Of a stretch of DNA of 64,000 bases, positions 28,786 to 39,555 are shown one piece after another; position 1 is the first letter of the stretch, and every line of letters starts with the position of its first letter. The translations under genes were made by a program, and so were the position numbers. Location of the stretch: assembly GCA_002011125.2 (NCBI GenBank), contig MTMF02000009.1, positions 1,832,989 to 1,896,988 of the forward strand. The letters run 5' to 3'. The DNA is from Candidatus Hydrothermarchaeum profundi (GTDB taxonomy: Archaea > Hydrothermarchaeota > Hydrothermarchaeia > Hydrothermarchaeales > Hydrothermarchaeaceae). The notes beneath the pieces were generated by a model. The model saw only the letters and a list, made by a program, of their open reading frames with translations. It searched no databases and was not told the DNA's origin.

Positions 28786-29025
28786 GTGAGACAAATGATA
28801 GGTTTTGTACAAATTGGTACCGAGCTAGGTAAAGAGAGAGAAATAGCAAATAAGCTCCGTAAATTACCTGAAGTTAAAGAAGTCTATGGTACTTTTGGAC
28901 ACTTCGACATACTGGTTAAGGTAGAAGGAAATACGCCTCAAGACATTGGAGAAATCGTAATCGAGAAGATAAGACGTATTTCCGGAGTAAATATGACCGA
29001 GACTATCATAACTGTGGAACTTTAA
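28786..29025 (+). CDS. stand-alone Lrp/AsnC ligand-binding (RAM) domain
   Basis: EV.EVY..FG.FDI.VKV, IR.I.GV..TET. Confidence 0.85.
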   Translation: MRQMIGFVQIGTELGKEREIANKLRKLPEVKEVYGTFGHFDILVKVEGNTPQDIGEIVIEKIRRISGVNMTETIITVEL

Positions 29026-29094
29026 CCTGAAAAACTTCTACCTGTACCAAGACAAAGAAATATATCATACCTACGGATATTGACAGTTGTTTAG

Positions 29095-29445
29095 ATGAAA
29101 ATAAAAGAAGGAGACTGGATTTATAGAGAGGGATATAGAAAAAAGATACTCTCAGACGAAAAAAATTTAGGAAAAGGAAACTTAGTTCAAATCGTAGAAA
29201 TAAAGCCAGGCTGGAAAGTAAAGCCCCATTATCACCAAATACAAACCGAATTTTTCTATATACTTCATGGAGAAGCAACACTATCAATAGGTGGTGAGGA
29301 GTATATAGCAAAGCCGGGTGAATGTTATCTATGCAAGCCAGGCAAAATCCATTTCGTAGAAAATCATGGAGAAGACGACTTCATGCTTCTAGTATTTAAG
29401 ACTAATTGGAGAGAGAAAGACTCCTACTGGGAAGTCGATCTCTAA
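29095..29445 (+). CDS. cupin domain protein
   Basis: PHYH...TE.FYIL.G, PG..H. Confidence 0.88.
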   Translation: MKIKEGDWIYREGYRKKILSDEKNLGKGNLVQIVEIKPGWKVKPHYHQIQTEFFYILHGEATLSIGGEEYIAKPGECYLCKPGKIHFVENHGEDDFMLLVFKTNWREKDSYWEVDL

Positions 29446-30546
29446 TTAATGAAGCCAGTTGTATAGGGTATCCCTCTGCCTAGGAACCCTACCTGCCTCA
29501 AGGATCATACGCTCAATTTCTTCTTTAGTTAGCATCCTAGAAGCAACCCCTGCAGCCCTAGATATGTTCTCCTCCATGAGGGTACCTCCAAGATCATTAG
29601 CACCAAAATTTAACAGCACTTGTGAGAATTTTTCACCAAATTTAACCCAAGAAGCCTGTATATTCCTGAAGTTATCTAAAAAGATTCGAGAGACCGCTAT
29701 TATTCTAAGGTCTTCCACGCCTGTGGCACCTCCTCTGCTTTCTCCGGAGAGGTATATAGGTGCATTAAAATGCACAAAAGATAATGGTATGAACTCTGTG
29801 AATCCCCCTGTTTCGTCTTGAATATCCCTTAAAATGCTTAAATGTTTAACTTGATCCTCCGCTGTTTCAATATGGCCGTAAAGCATTGTCGCAGTAGTGG
29901 GTATCCCTAGATTATGCGCCTCTTTTATGGTCTCTATCCACTCTTTGGTAGTGAGTTTAGTTGGACAGATTTTTCTCCTCACATCGTCATCTAGTATTTC
30001 GGCAGCGGTACCAGGTATAGAATCTAATCCTGCGTTTTTTAATAACTCTAACGTTTCGTGTATGCTAATCCCTGATCTCTCAGAAGCATATTTTATCTCC
30101 ATGGGTGAAAAAGCATGGACATGTACAGCTCCAATCTCTTTTATTCTCTTTATAATCTCGGTGTAGAATTCTACATCAATATCCGGGTGTAGCCCGCCCT
30201 GTATACATACCTCGGTTGCGCCCACCTCTAAGGCTTCATGGGCTTTAGCTACTATTTCTTCAAGTTTTAAAAAGAAGGCTTCAGCGTCCCCTAGTCTTCT
30301 TTTAAAAGCGCAGAAACCACAGCTTCCAATACATATATTCGTGAAGTTTATGTTCCTATTGACAACGTAGGTAACAAAATCCCCTACATTCCTCTCCCTT
30401 AACTTATTCGCTACAAGTCCAATAGCAATAAGGTCATCAGCGTTCGCGTGCATTAGCACTAATGCTTCTTCGGGAGTTATCCTTTTTCCGTCTAAAGCTT
30501 TCTCTAATATCTCTTGAACCTCAGGGCTTACGCTAACTAGCTCCAT
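29446..30546 (-). CDS. cofH: FO synthase subunit CofH
   Basis: VTYVVNRNINFTNIC...C.FCAF, QGGLHP, PGTAAEIL, NIQASWVK, GGTLMEENI. Confidence 0.93.
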   Translation of the reverse strand: MELVSVSPEVQEILEKALDGKRITPEEALVLMHANADDLIAIGLVANKLRERNVGDFVTYVVNRNINFTNICIGSCGFCAFKRRLGDAEAFFLKLEEIVAKAHEALEVGATEVCIQGGLHPDIDVEFYTEIIKRIKEIGAVHVHAFSPMEIKYASERSGISIHETLELLKNAGLDSIPGTAAEILDDDVRRKICPTKLTTKEWIETIKEAHNLGIPTTATMLYGHIETAEDQVKHLSILRDIQDETGGFTEFIPLSFVHFNAPIYLSGESRGGATGVEDLRIIAVSRIFLDNFRNIQASWVKFGEKFSQVLLNFGANDLGGTLMEENISRAAGVASRMLTKEEIERMILEAGRVPRQRDTLYNWLH

Positions 30547-31532
30547 TTTACTAGGCCCTCAGAATCAGAATATGAATGTATCAAATCCTTGAGCTTCTCG
30601 GAATACCATCCTTTTGATATAAACCTCGGGTAAATGGGTAGCCTCTCTCTAAGCCTAACTCCGAGTTTTCTGGAAACCATTTCTAAATCCTCAATTTTTG
30701 GCCAATCTGCCTCAGGGTTTATATAATCTTTGGTGAAAGGAGAGATCCCCCCTAGATCATTAGCTCCAGCATCCAAATAGAGTTCTAATGATCCCAAGAT
30801 TAGATTTGGAGGGACCTGTATACTCATAGTAGGCATTGTCTTTCTTGCAAGCCTTACAGCCTCCACCATATATCGTATAGAAGGCTCTGGGCGATTTTCC
30901 ATAGGGGTACCCGGCTTTGGTTTAAAGTTTTGGATTATGACTTCTTGGATATGCCCATATTTATCATTAAGACTTTTTAATAGCTTAATAGAATCTAAAA
31001 GCTCGTCCCAAGTCTCTCCTATACCAATAAGCACGCCGGTTGTAAAAGGTATCCGCAACTTTCCAGCGGTTTCAATTACCTTAATCCTCTCCTTAGGGTT
31101 TTTTCCAGGACTATAATAGTGAGGCATGCCTTCTTGGCATAGTCTCTCGCTAGAATTCTCAAGCATTAACCCCATACTTGCATTGACCTCTCTTAGAAGC
31201 CTCATGTCTTCTTCGCTTATCACTCCCGGATTAGAGTGGGGTAGTAGGCCATATTTTATTGCATCCTCACAAAGCTTGTAAAGATACTCTATTATACTGG
31301 AATATCCCCAATGTTCTAGTTTTTTCTTTATCTGGGGTATTACCTCCGGTTTTTCACCGAAAGTAAAGAGAGCTTCTTTACACCTTGCCCTTCTACCTTT
31401 CTTAAGTATATCCACAACTTCCCTTTTACTCATTATACGTGGTCTATCAGAACGAAACCCACAATAGCCGCATCTATTCCTACACGCATTAGTCAAGGGG
31501 ATGAATACATTCTTTGAGTAAGTTAGTTGCAT
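30537..31532 (-). CDS. cofG: FO synthase subunit CofG
   Basis: TYSKNVFIPLT..CRNRCGYC, LPHSN.G, SMGLMLE, IPFTTG.L.GIGE, QVPPNL, NPE..WP. Confidence 0.94.
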   Translation of the reverse strand: MQLTYSKNVFIPLTNACRNRCGYCGFRSDRPRIMSKREVVDILKKGRRARCKEALFTFGEKPEVIPQIKKKLEHWGYSSIIEYLYKLCEDAIKYGLLPHSNPGVISEEDMRLLREVNASMGLMLENSSERLCQEGMPHYYSPGKNPKERIKVIETAGKLRIPFTTGVLIGIGETWDELLDSIKLLKSLNDKYGHIQEVIIQNFKPKPGTPMENRPEPSIRYMVEAVRLARKTMPTMSIQVPPNLILGSLELYLDAGANDLGGISPFTKDYINPEADWPKIEDLEMVSRKLGVRLRERLPIYPRFISKGWYSEKLKDLIHSYSDSEGLVKWS

Positions 31533-31593
31533 AAGACTTTACCTATTCCTTTACACAAATTTAATTAACGCGTAAAAGCTAAGTATATATGGG

Positions 31594-32223
31594 ATGAAAT
31601 GTAAGATTTGTGGGAGAGAAAATTCCTGCTCTTCAATCATCTGTCCTTTAAGCGAGAGCAAAAAACAAGAGCAAGAAAAAACTAACTTAATTACTTTATG
31701 GTCTAATAAGCTCCCTACTGAAAGCAAAAAAGACCCCTGGAATTTCTTTTACTCTATCGTTGGCTTCTTTGTATTAGGATTTATGGGGTCTTGGTACTTT
31801 TTCAAGGATGGAGAGAAGATATTCAATGAGGACCTGGGTATAGTGCCAAGAGTTTTCAAGGCTTCAGCAGATAACCTTGCAAGAGGAGAGATATCTCTAT
31901 ACTTTGAGGTATATAACTGGAGCAAAGAAAAAGTCGTGCTAGAAGATGTTGACTGCCTTATCTCTATAAACAATACGCCAATACAACAATGTTCCGTAAA
32001 AATTGAATGCGAGATAGAACCCGGAGAAAACAAGGATCTAAAGCTAAAAGTTCCATTCTCATATGCAGAAGCGGGTAAAGCCGTGGTGGAAATACTATCC
32101 GCTAGAAGACCCCGGTGGAACATATCCGGGGTCTCAGAGTTCCGCCTCCCCAAAGGCAAAACAAAACTGGTTTTCTCTCAAGATATTTACGTCGATGGTT
32201 ATGGCAAAAATATGTATATCTAG
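31594..32223 (+). CDS. membrane protein with LEA_2-like extracellular domain
   Basis: N-terminal CxxC, single TM, beta-sandwich pattern (V.N...IEPGE). Confidence 0.55.
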   Translation: MKCKICGRENSCSSIICPLSESKKQEQEKTNLITLWSNKLPTESKKDPWNFFYSIVGFFVLGFMGSWYFFKDGEKIFNEDLGIVPRVFKASADNLARGEISLYFEVYNWSKEKVVLEDVDCLISINNTPIQQCSVKIECEIEPGENKDLKLKVPFSYAEAGKAVVEILSARRPRWNISGVSEFRLPKGKTKLVFSQDIYVDGYGKNMYI

Positions 32224-32441
32224 TATTTTTTGGGTTGAAGTATATTGAATTTTAATAATTTTTTATCAGAGGAAAAGGGCATTTTTCGCCTGTTTTCTAG
32301 CATCTTCATCCCTATCTATGTCTTTTTTAGTTGTATAAAAAAAATAAGCTTAAATCTGGATTTTTTCATGTTTAAATGATGATTTCAATGTAAATAGAGA
32401 ATTTATCATAGCTTTATCTCTAATGCGTGCAAAAAAATTTT

Positions 32442-32588
32442 TTAGACCTCAAACATGCCTATCCGGGGCTTCTTCTTAGGCTTTTCTTTGGGCCATATGT
32501 TCTGGAAGATATCATCCTCTACTACAATGCCCTCTCCTACCTTAAGGTTCCACACGTCTTCAACGGTCACTTTCTTTTTACATACCAT
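32442..32588 (-). CDS. small protein (48 aa), candidate antitoxin
   Basis: AAGGTGA RBS, starts just after the toxin stop; MVCKRKVTVEDVWNL...GMFEV*. Confidence 0.45.
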   Translation of the reverse strand: MVCKKKVTVEDVWNLKVGEGIVVEDDIFQNIWPKEKPKKKPRIGMFEV

Positions 32589-32594
32589 GATCCT

Positions 32595-32861
32595 TTATTT
32601 CACCTTCTTTTTATATAGCCTTTTCTCTTTATCATTGGCATCTCTTGCTGTAATCCCTTTCATGTAGAACATGTCTTTATAGGGTTCAGCGATTACAGCT
32701 AATATTCTTCCATAGTAACTGCACAGGATCAAGTATCTGTTATGCGTCGTCCTTTTAACGAACTTTTTACCTTTTAGAGCCTGGTTGACTTGCGACCTAG
32801 ACAAACCATGCCTGGCGATATGCTGCTCGGCCTTCTTAGTCCACTTAACCCTGATCTTCAT
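32595..32861 (-). CDS. BrnT-like (RelE-fold) toxin
   Basis: W...A.QHIARHGLS, GR.L.V, ITARDA..KE.RLY. Confidence 0.75.
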   Translation of the reverse strand: MKIRVKWTKKAEQHIARHGLSRSQVNQALKGKKFVKRTTHNRYLILCSYYGRILAVIAEPYKDMFYMKGITARDANDKEKRLYKKKVK

Positions 32862-33011
32862 GAATACCCAAAGCAAAAAAAAGCCTATGAAATAAGAAAA
32901 AAACATATAAAAACCGAATTTAAATAGTTAGACATCTTATTTTTAGTGGGAATACCGACTCCTAAAAAAATCTTTAAATAACATGAAGATTAGTTCTTTC
33001 TGGGTTTTAAC

Positions 33012-33704
33012 ATGATAGTGAGAAAACTAAAAGAAGTGGATGAACTACAACAAATGCTACAAAACTATAAGAGAGTAGCAATAATAGGTTGCGCGGGCTG
33101 CTATGGAGAGGGAGGAGTTAAAGGAGTAAAAAATACAGCAGCTGCGCTCAGAGAAAGGGGGATAAACATAGTAGCAGAAGGATTTACGGGAAGACAATGT
33201 GCGTGGATGGAGTGGGCCTCAGAGAAAGGCTTGTCAGGTGAGGAAGCCATAACAAACCTTGCAAAAAACGTTGAATTAGAGAAGATTAAAAGCGCTGACG
33301 CCTTTTTATCCTTGGCATGCGCCGTAGGAGCTCAAACTCTATTGAATTTCGTAGGAAATAGAGCATTGCTTCCCGGTTTTAACACATTTCTCAAGGGGAG
33401 GAGAGAGGGAGAAATATTTAAAGAGCAATGCCTAGGGTGCGGCAACTGCATGATCCATCGTACAGGAGGCCTGTGTCCTGTGACAAAATGTCCCAAAAGC
33501 GACATGAATGGGCCATGCGGGGGAGTTAGGACTAATGGCAACTGCGAGGTTCACCCAGACAGAGAATGCATTTGGCTGAGGATATATAGGCGACTTAAAG
33601 AGATAGGAGAGCTTGATAGGTTAAAGGAGAGAATTCCCGAGAAGGATTTCTCCCTAAGGACGCATCCAAGAACCTTGCCTAGAGGAGGGTGGTGCGATGT
33701 ATAG
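33012..33704 (+). CDS. metV: methylenetetrahydrofolate reductase small subunit (MetV-like)
   Basis: GC.GC, AC.VG.Q, C.GCG.C, CPVT.CPK..NGPCGG, CEV....C.W; upstream of metF. Confidence 0.85.
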   Translation: MIVRKLKEVDELQQMLQNYKRVAIIGCAGCYGEGGVKGVKNTAAALRERGINIVAEGFTGRQCAWMEWASEKGLSGEEAITNLAKNVELEKIKSADAFLSLACAVGAQTLLNFVGNRALLPGFNTFLKGRREGEIFKEQCLGCGNCMIHRTGGLCPVTKCPKSDMNGPCGGVRTNGNCEVHPDRECIWLRIYRRLKEIGELDRLKERIPEKDFSLRTHPRTLPRGGWCDV

Positions 33705-34584
33705 TAAACTCATGAAATCTCTAAAGGAAGAAGAATTTACTATAAGCGGGGAAATAGACCCTCCGAAAGGAGCTAACAGAGAAACTATAGTGCACCAAGC
33801 TAAGCTATTAAAAGACCATGTCGTCGCTGCAAATGTCACAGATAACCCATTAGGAATAGTTATAATGAACACACTAGTTCCCTGCCATATAATGCAAAAC
33901 GAGGTCGGACTTGAGGCTGTTTATCAGATGACATGTAGGGATAGAAATAGGATAGCGATGCAGGCGGACTTGCTTGGGGCAGCTGCCCTTGGGATACGCA
34001 ATGTCCTCGCTCTATCAGGAGATCATCCGAGATGGGGCGATCATCCTCAGGCAAAACCGGTTTTTGACCTCGACTCAGTACAGTTAACTGCGATGATCAG
34101 AAAAATGGTCGATGAGAAAAAAGACTGGGCTGGAAACGATCTTGATGTCGCTCCACAGATGCATATAGGTGTAGGACTCACAGCAAATATGGTATCACTA
34201 GAAGCCGAGATAATAAAGCTCGAGAAGAAGATTGAAGCGGGAGCCGAGTTTGTTCAAACCCAGCTTATATATGATACTAAAGTGATGGAGAAGCTAAAAG
34301 AGGCGACATCACATTTAGACGTTCCAATCTTGATAGGTGTTGCTCCCTTAAAATCCGTGGGTATGGCAAAGTTCATGGCAAAGAATGTTCCTGGAGTCGT
34401 AATACCCGACGACATGATGAAAAGGCTTGAAGACTCAAAGAATATAAGAGAAACGACAATAGATATAACCGCAGATCTTATCCGAGAAATAAAAGAACTA
34501 GGATTTGCAGGCGTACATATAATGCCCGTAGGGATGGAGGATGCTGTAGGGGAGATAATAAAAAGATCCGGAGTTAAGAAATAA
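33697..34584 (+). CDS. metF: 5,10-methylenetetrahydrofolate reductase
   Basis: E..PPKG, NVTDN, TCRDRNR, L.GD, KK.EAGA.F.QTQ, GVHIM. Confidence 0.92.
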   Translation: MYSKLMKSLKEEEFTISGEIDPPKGANRETIVHQAKLLKDHVVAANVTDNPLGIVIMNTLVPCHIMQNEVGLEAVYQMTCRDRNRIAMQADLLGAAALGIRNVLALSGDHPRWGDHPQAKPVFDLDSVQLTAMIRKMVDEKKDWAGNDLDVAPQMHIGVGLTANMVSLEAEIIKLEKKIEAGAEFVQTQLIYDTKVMEKLKEATSHLDVPILIGVAPLKSVGMAKFMAKNVPGVVIPDDMMKRLEDSKNIRETTIDITADLIREIKELGFAGVHIMPVGMEDAVGEIIKRSGVKK

Positions 34585-34586
34585 AC

Positions 34587-36368
34587 TTATTCCACTCTCT
34601 TCGAGTATACACGTAATATATCCTGCCTAGTGACTATCCCAATAATTCTAGAAGGATTTTCTTTATCCACTACAAAAAAAGTCTGAATTCCAGTGTTATC
34701 CATATTTTTTATAACATCGAAAAGAGAGCACTCGGGATAGATTATGGGGGGATCGCTAAGTATATCGCCAACACGAGTTTCACCCCACTTTTCGAACGGT
34801 ATATCCATAATTCTCTTTAAGGTAACAGCGCCAATAAGCCTACCATTGTCAACCACAGGCAACGAATCCAGTCCATATTTTATATGAACTACCGCTTTGC
34901 TCAGCATTGTGTCTGGAGGAACTGAGATGAACTCCTGCCTGGTGGCCTCCATAACTGTAGGTATCTTGAGAAGAGACATGAAATACTCTCGCATATGAGC
35001 AGGAGAATCCAGTCTCGTCGGAACTTTCTCGCTATAAATGGATTTATCACCTGTCAAAATCAATGATCCTACAATAGCAACCATAGCTGGAAAAAGAAGC
35101 GAAAAGTCATTAGTCATCTCACTAACCATGATAATAACTGCGACTGGTGCTCTTGCCACACCACCAAATAAAGCCATCATCCCGATAACTACAAATGCGG
35201 GAATAGCCTCAATAGGAACAATTGCAGGGAAAAACATGTTAAAAACCGCACCAATCACTCCTCCTACCATCGCTCCAATAAATAGTCCCGGAGCAAATAC
35301 TCCTCCACTACCCCCCGAGCCTATAGTAAATGAAGTCATAAATATTTTAGTAAAAAGTAGTATAAGCATGATCTTTATTGGGAGATAGTTATACATCGCG
35401 AGTTGTATAAAACCATATCCCATTGCTAGTCCACCAATCCCCGCTACACCACCATGTTCTGGAATTAATGTAGCTAGAATAACTGCTGAAACACCCACAA
35501 TAGCCGCGCCTACAGCTGGCTTAAAGTGAACCGGTATTCTCAGAGCTTTAAAGAAATCTCTCGTTTTATAAAAAGAAAATATGTAAAGCCTCCCTATAAC
35601 TGCACAAGCCACTCCAAGAATAACGAAAAGAGGAATTTGCCCAATATTCCACGGGTAATGCTCTGCATAGAACACAGGATCAAATCCCTCGAAGGAAGAG
35701 AAAATGCTAAAGCCAACTATAGAGGCTATAACGGAGGGTATAAGCGCCTCTTTCTCGAAGTCGTTCATATATAGTATCTCTGTACTAAGAAGTGCCCCAC
35801 CTAAAGGAGCTTTAAAGATGCTTCCTACACCCGCACCTATCCCTACCGTCACAGCTAACCTTCTATCATGAGCATTTAGTTTCAAAATAGAGCCTATAAT
35901 AGAGCCAAATCCAGCAGCTACTTGAGCAATTGGACCTTCCCTCCCAGCACTGCCTCCGGTAGATATAGTTAAAATCGATGCAACCATTTTAACAAGCGGT
36001 ATCCGTTTCTTAATAACTCCTTCCTCCTTATGGAATGCCCGTATAGCAGCGTCAGTACCATGTCCTTCTGCCTCTGGAGCAATAGTGAATACAATCATGC
36101 CAGAAAGCAGGCCTCCTAGAGTCATTATTACTGGAATCGCCCAAAGTCTAGATGGCTTGTCCCAATTGAGAGTTTCGCTCAAACCTTTTCCGGACTCTGG
36201 AGGAAAAAATCCGGCTCCATATCCAAGAAAATAGTATGTTCCATATTTAAGACCTTCATAAAAGATTATGGAACCAATCCCTGCAACTATGCCGATAAGC
36301 AATCCTATGAGTGTCCATTTCTTTAGATAGCTTATCTCAGCACTTTTTAGGAGTTCATTAAGATGCAT
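34587..36368 (-). CDS. ClC chloride channel/transporter with CBS domains
   Basis: APEAEGHGTD, GGSAGREGP, GSGGSGGVFAP, C-terminal CBS pair. Confidence 0.93.
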   Translation of the reverse strand: MHLNELLKSAEISYLKKWTLIGLLIGIVAGIGSIIFYEGLKYGTYYFLGYGAGFFPPESGKGLSETLNWDKPSRLWAIPVIMTLGGLLSGMIVFTIAPEAEGHGTDAAIRAFHKEEGVIKKRIPLVKMVASILTISTGGSAGREGPIAQVAAGFGSIIGSILKLNAHDRRLAVTVGIGAGVGSIFKAPLGGALLSTEILYMNDFEKEALIPSVIASIVGFSIFSSFEGFDPVFYAEHYPWNIGQIPLFVILGVACAVIGRLYIFSFYKTRDFFKALRIPVHFKPAVGAAIVGVSAVILATLIPEHGGVAGIGGLAMGYGFIQLAMYNYLPIKIMLILLFTKIFMTSFTIGSGGSGGVFAPGLFIGAMVGGVIGAVFNMFFPAIVPIEAIPAFVVIGMMALFGGVARAPVAVIIMVSEMTNDFSLLFPAMVAIVGSLILTGDKSIYSEKVPTRLDSPAHMREYFMSLLKIPTVMEATRQEFISVPPDTMLSKAVVHIKYGLDSLPVVDNGRLIGAVTLKRIMDIPFEKWGETRVGDILSDPPIIYPECSLFDVIKNMDNTGIQTFFVVDKENPSRIIGIVTRQDILRVYSKRVE

Positions 36369-36453
36369 TAAAACAAGTCTATAATATTATTGATAAGATA
36401 AAAGTTTCCTAGCTACGTTAATTATAAATAATCTTCAGACCTAACGGCTGGTA

Positions 36454-37449
36454 ATGATTGGGATGATCCTCTGTGGGGGCTATGGCAAGAGGCTTAGCCC
36501 TTTAACTGAAAGCATACCAAAGGCTCTAATAGAGATAAAAGACGGGTACACCATCCTCGATAAACAGCTTTTTGATTTTAGGAATGCTGGCGTAGACGAA
36601 GTTATTTTATTAACTGGGTATCTCTCTGAACGGATAGAAGAGAGATATGGAGATAATTATAATGGAATGAGAATCCTTTATGAAAAAGAGAATAAGCCCC
36701 TAGGTACTTTAATGGCTATAAAAATGGGACTGAATAGAGCTGGAGAGGATGTAGTAATCCGGAATGGAGATGTAGTTTCAGATGTAAATATTAGAAAGAT
36801 GGCAACCAGAGCAAAACAGTCTACCTATCCAATCACTGTTTATATAACTAGGATGAGAAGCCCATATGGGGTTGTTGAGATAGGAGAGGATAGCATAAAA
36901 TCCTTCGAGGAAAAACCTCTACTAGATTATTATATAAACGCCGGTATCTACTATGCTAAGCAAGAAGCCTTTGAACTATTTGAAGGATTTGACTCAGGAG
37001 ATGTGGAGAAGACCCTGTTTCCCATATTAGCTAGAGATAACAAACTTGGATTCTACAAGGAAGATGCCTTCTGGATGTCCATCGATACCACAAAGGATCT
37101 AGAGGAGATCAGACGGGAATATGAAAATAGAAAAGACAAACCATGGGGATGGGAGAAGATCCAAATTAGTACCGAGAAATATCTTACAAAAGAACTCTAT
37201 ATAAAAGAAGGGTATCAAACGTCATTCCACTATCATAACAATAAAGATGAAACTATGTTTGTGATCAAAGGCTCAGGTTATATTCAGTTCAAGAACAAAA
37301 AAGAATATTTCAAGAAAAATGACAAACTTAGGATAAAGCCTAAAGTACCTCACTCGATTCATGCCTATGAAAATACGATAATTCAGGAAGTCTCTACGCC
37401 ACATCCTCTAGATACCGTGAGAGTCGAAGACCTTTATGGCCGAGAGTAG
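36454..37449 (+). CDS. sugar-phosphate nucleotidyltransferase with C-terminal cupin domain
   Basis: LCGG.GKRL.PLT..PK, NGD, EEKP, W..IDT; KPWG.E...HYH..KDET cupin. Confidence 0.9.
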   Translation: MIGMILCGGYGKRLSPLTESIPKALIEIKDGYTILDKQLFDFRNAGVDEVILLTGYLSERIEERYGDNYNGMRILYEKENKPLGTLMAIKMGLNRAGEDVVIRNGDVVSDVNIRKMATRAKQSTYPITVYITRMRSPYGVVEIGEDSIKSFEEKPLLDYYINAGIYYAKQEAFELFEGFDSGDVEKTLFPILARDNKLGFYKEDAFWMSIDTTKDLEEIRREYENRKDKPWGWEKIQISTEKYLTKELYIKEGYQTSFHYHNNKDETMFVIKGSGYIQFKNKKEYFKKNDKLRIKPKVPHSIHAYENTIIQEVSTPHPLDTVRVEDLYGRE

Positions 37450-37557
37450 AATTTTATATTATTTTAGCTTCTTTTCAGAGGACCCATCACTTTTCCTGCG
37501 CTCTAGGATAAGAGAGTTATAGGTAATAACTCACTTGTTTATGTAAGGTGTTTAGAA

Positions 37558-37803
37558 ATGGAAGTAAAGCTGTATTGTATTTGGTGTGGTGGAAAACTAG
37601 GAGTAGAAGATGAACACATATTTTGCTTTAACTGCGATACGATATACTCTAACATCCTCCTATCTGAAAGTGAAGTAAAAAAAGAAAACCAGATAATATT
37701 TGAGAAAAGCATTAGCATCGATTGTTTAAGTATTAAAGATCAGAAAAATCCGTCTATTGAAAACCATACTTTCCTACTAGAATCAGCTGCAATCTATGAA
37801 TAA
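37558..37803 (+). CDS. small zinc-ribbon protein
   Basis: CIWCG..L....FCFNC; AAGGTG RBS. Confidence 0.5.
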   Translation: MEVKLYCIWCGGKLGVEDEHIFCFNCDTIYSNILLSESEVKKENQIIFEKSISIDCLSIKDQKNPSIENHTFLLESAAIYE

Positions 37804-37804
37804 C

Positions 37805-37852
37805 GAGAGGGAACCTCCATCGCTAATACCCCCTTTGTGGCGGCTCCCTCTC
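37805..37852. other. GC-rich hairpin upstream of cdc6 (terminator or regulatory)
   Basis: GAGAGGGA / TCCCTCTC stem extended by CC/GG and CCAT/GTGG. Confidence 0.5.
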
Positions 37853-37904
37853 TCATTTATTATTTGGAAATATTTATACATGCATAAAAAAAATGTGATA
37901 TTAT

Positions 37905-39011
37905 ATGGGGAAATTTAAGGATATATTGGCGTATGACGAAACGCTTTTTAAAGATGAAAGAGTCTTCGATCAGGATTATATTCCCAAAGACTTTAATTAC
38001 CGTGATTCTCAGCTAGAGGCTATTGCAGTATGTATCAGACCCGCATTAAGAGGAGGAAGACCAATAAATGCTAGAATATTTGGCCCTCCAGCAACAGGGA
38101 AAACCACCGCAGTAAAACTTGCTTTTAAAGATGTTGAAGAGGTTACAGATAAAGTTGCTTGTGTCCATATAAACTGCCAGGTACATTCATCAAAATTTGC
38201 AGTATTCTCACAAATTCATAAGAAAGTAGTTGGCCATGCTCCACCTGAAACGGGAGTACCTTTTCCTAGGGTTTATGAGGCTGTATTCAAAAAATTAGCG
38301 AGAAACGGAAAAAGTCTAATCGTAGCATTAGATGATATGAACTACTTATTTTATGATAGACATGCCAATGAGATAATCTATGATATCTTAAGGGCTTATG
38401 AGATATTTCCTGGCGCAAAAACAGCTATCTTTAGTATCTTATCTGAGCTGGAGTTTCCTTATAAGCTTGACTCAAAGGTAGCCTCAATGTTTAGACCCCA
38501 AGAAATATTCTTTCAACCTTACAAATATAGCGAAATTTTGGATATTCTAAAAGACCGTGCAGAAGTTGGGTTCTACCCCGGAGTAATATCAGAGGACCTC
38601 ATCGAAAAGATAGCCGAATATGCTTTTTCAAATGGCGACTTAAGGGTAGGCATCGAAATATTAAGAGTGAGCGCCCTGATAGCTGAAGCAGAGGCCTCAA
38701 GAAAAGTGAAATTAGAACACGTAGAGAAAGCTCTCGAAAAATCAAAGAATCTCCATTTAAAAAATCTTATCAACTCGCTTAGTTCTGAAGAATTAGAACT
38801 CCTAAAGATATTGGCATCAGAAAAAGAGAATGAATCAGGTAAGGTTTATGAAATATTTAAAAAAAATACGGGTTTAAGCTATACGAAATTTTATAGGATT
38901 ATAGAAAAGCTTGAGGGGATAAGACTAATAGATACAAAGTTTGCAGATAAAAGCGGGAAAGGAAGAACCAGGAACATTTTCCTTAGAGTAGATAAAAATG
39001 AGATACCATGA
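37905..39011 (+). CDS. cdc6: Orc1/Cdc6 replication initiator family protein
   Basis: DYIP...[25 protein letters not shown]-terminal wHTH (GRTR). Confidence 0.93.
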   Translation: MGKFKDILAYDETLFKDERVFDQDYIPKDFNYRDSQLEAIAVCIRPALRGGRPINARIFGPPATGKTTAVKLAFKDVEEVTDKVACVHINCQVHSSKFAVFSQIHKKVVGHAPPETGVPFPRVYEAVFKKLARNGKSLIVALDDMNYLFYDRHANEIIYDILRAYEIFPGAKTAIFSILSELEFPYKLDSKVASMFRPQEIFFQPYKYSEILDILKDRAEVGFYPGVISEDLIEKIAEYAFSNGDLRVGIEILRVSALIAEAEASRKVKLEHVEKALEKSKNLHLKNLINSLSSEELELLKILASEKENESGKVYEIFKKNTGLSYTKFYRIIEKLEGIRLIDTKFADKSGKGRTRNIFLRVDKNEIP

Positions 39012-39511
39012 TCGAAGTTCTTAGACTCGGCCATAGACCTCTACGGGACAAAAGAATCACTACTCACACGGGGCTAGTTGCCAGAGCATTTGGTGCTGAC
39101 GGCATAGTGTTGACTACCGAGGACAACGCTGTTATAAATAGCATAAAAAAAGTCGTGAAAAACTGGGGCGGCAATTTCTATGTAAAAGTTATTAAAGACT
39201 GGGAGAGCTATATCAAAAATTGGAGGGGAGTAGTTGTTCACCTTACCATGTATGGTTTACCTGTAGAAGAGACTATTCGGGACTTAAGAGGCAAGGATCT
39301 ATTAATTATTGTAGGCTCACAGAAAGTTCCAAAAGAAGTATTTGAGCTAGCTGACTTCAATGTATCTATTGGCACCCAACCTCACTCGGAGGTAAGCGCC
39401 TTAGCGATATTCTTAGATAGACTTTTTGAAGGTAGAGAACTCTATAAGGAATTTAACGGACATTTAAAAATTATTCCTTCTGAAAAATCAAAGAAACTCC
39501 AAAAAATTTAA
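39008..39511 (+). CDS. trm56: tRNA (cytidine56-2'-O)-methyltransferase
   Basis: [31 protein letters not shown]. Confidence 0.94.
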   Translation: MIEVLRLGHRPLRDKRITTHTGLVARAFGADGIVLTTEDNAVINSIKKVVKNWGGNFYVKVIKDWESYIKNWRGVVVHLTMYGLPVEETIRDLRGKDLLIIVGSQKVPKEVFELADFNVSIGTQPHSEVSALAIFLDRLFEGRELYKEFNGHLKIIPSEKSKKLQKI

Positions 39512-39555
39512 TAATAACCAGTACTAATAACATATTGGTGGCAGCCTAGTGAAAT

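Noticed and set aside
37805-37852. Fluoride riboswitch (GCGATGGAG on the - strand, ClC gene nearby)
   Set aside because: Lacks the downstream conserved elements, is not upstream of the ClC gene, and the ClC has GREGP rather than fluoride-type motifs.
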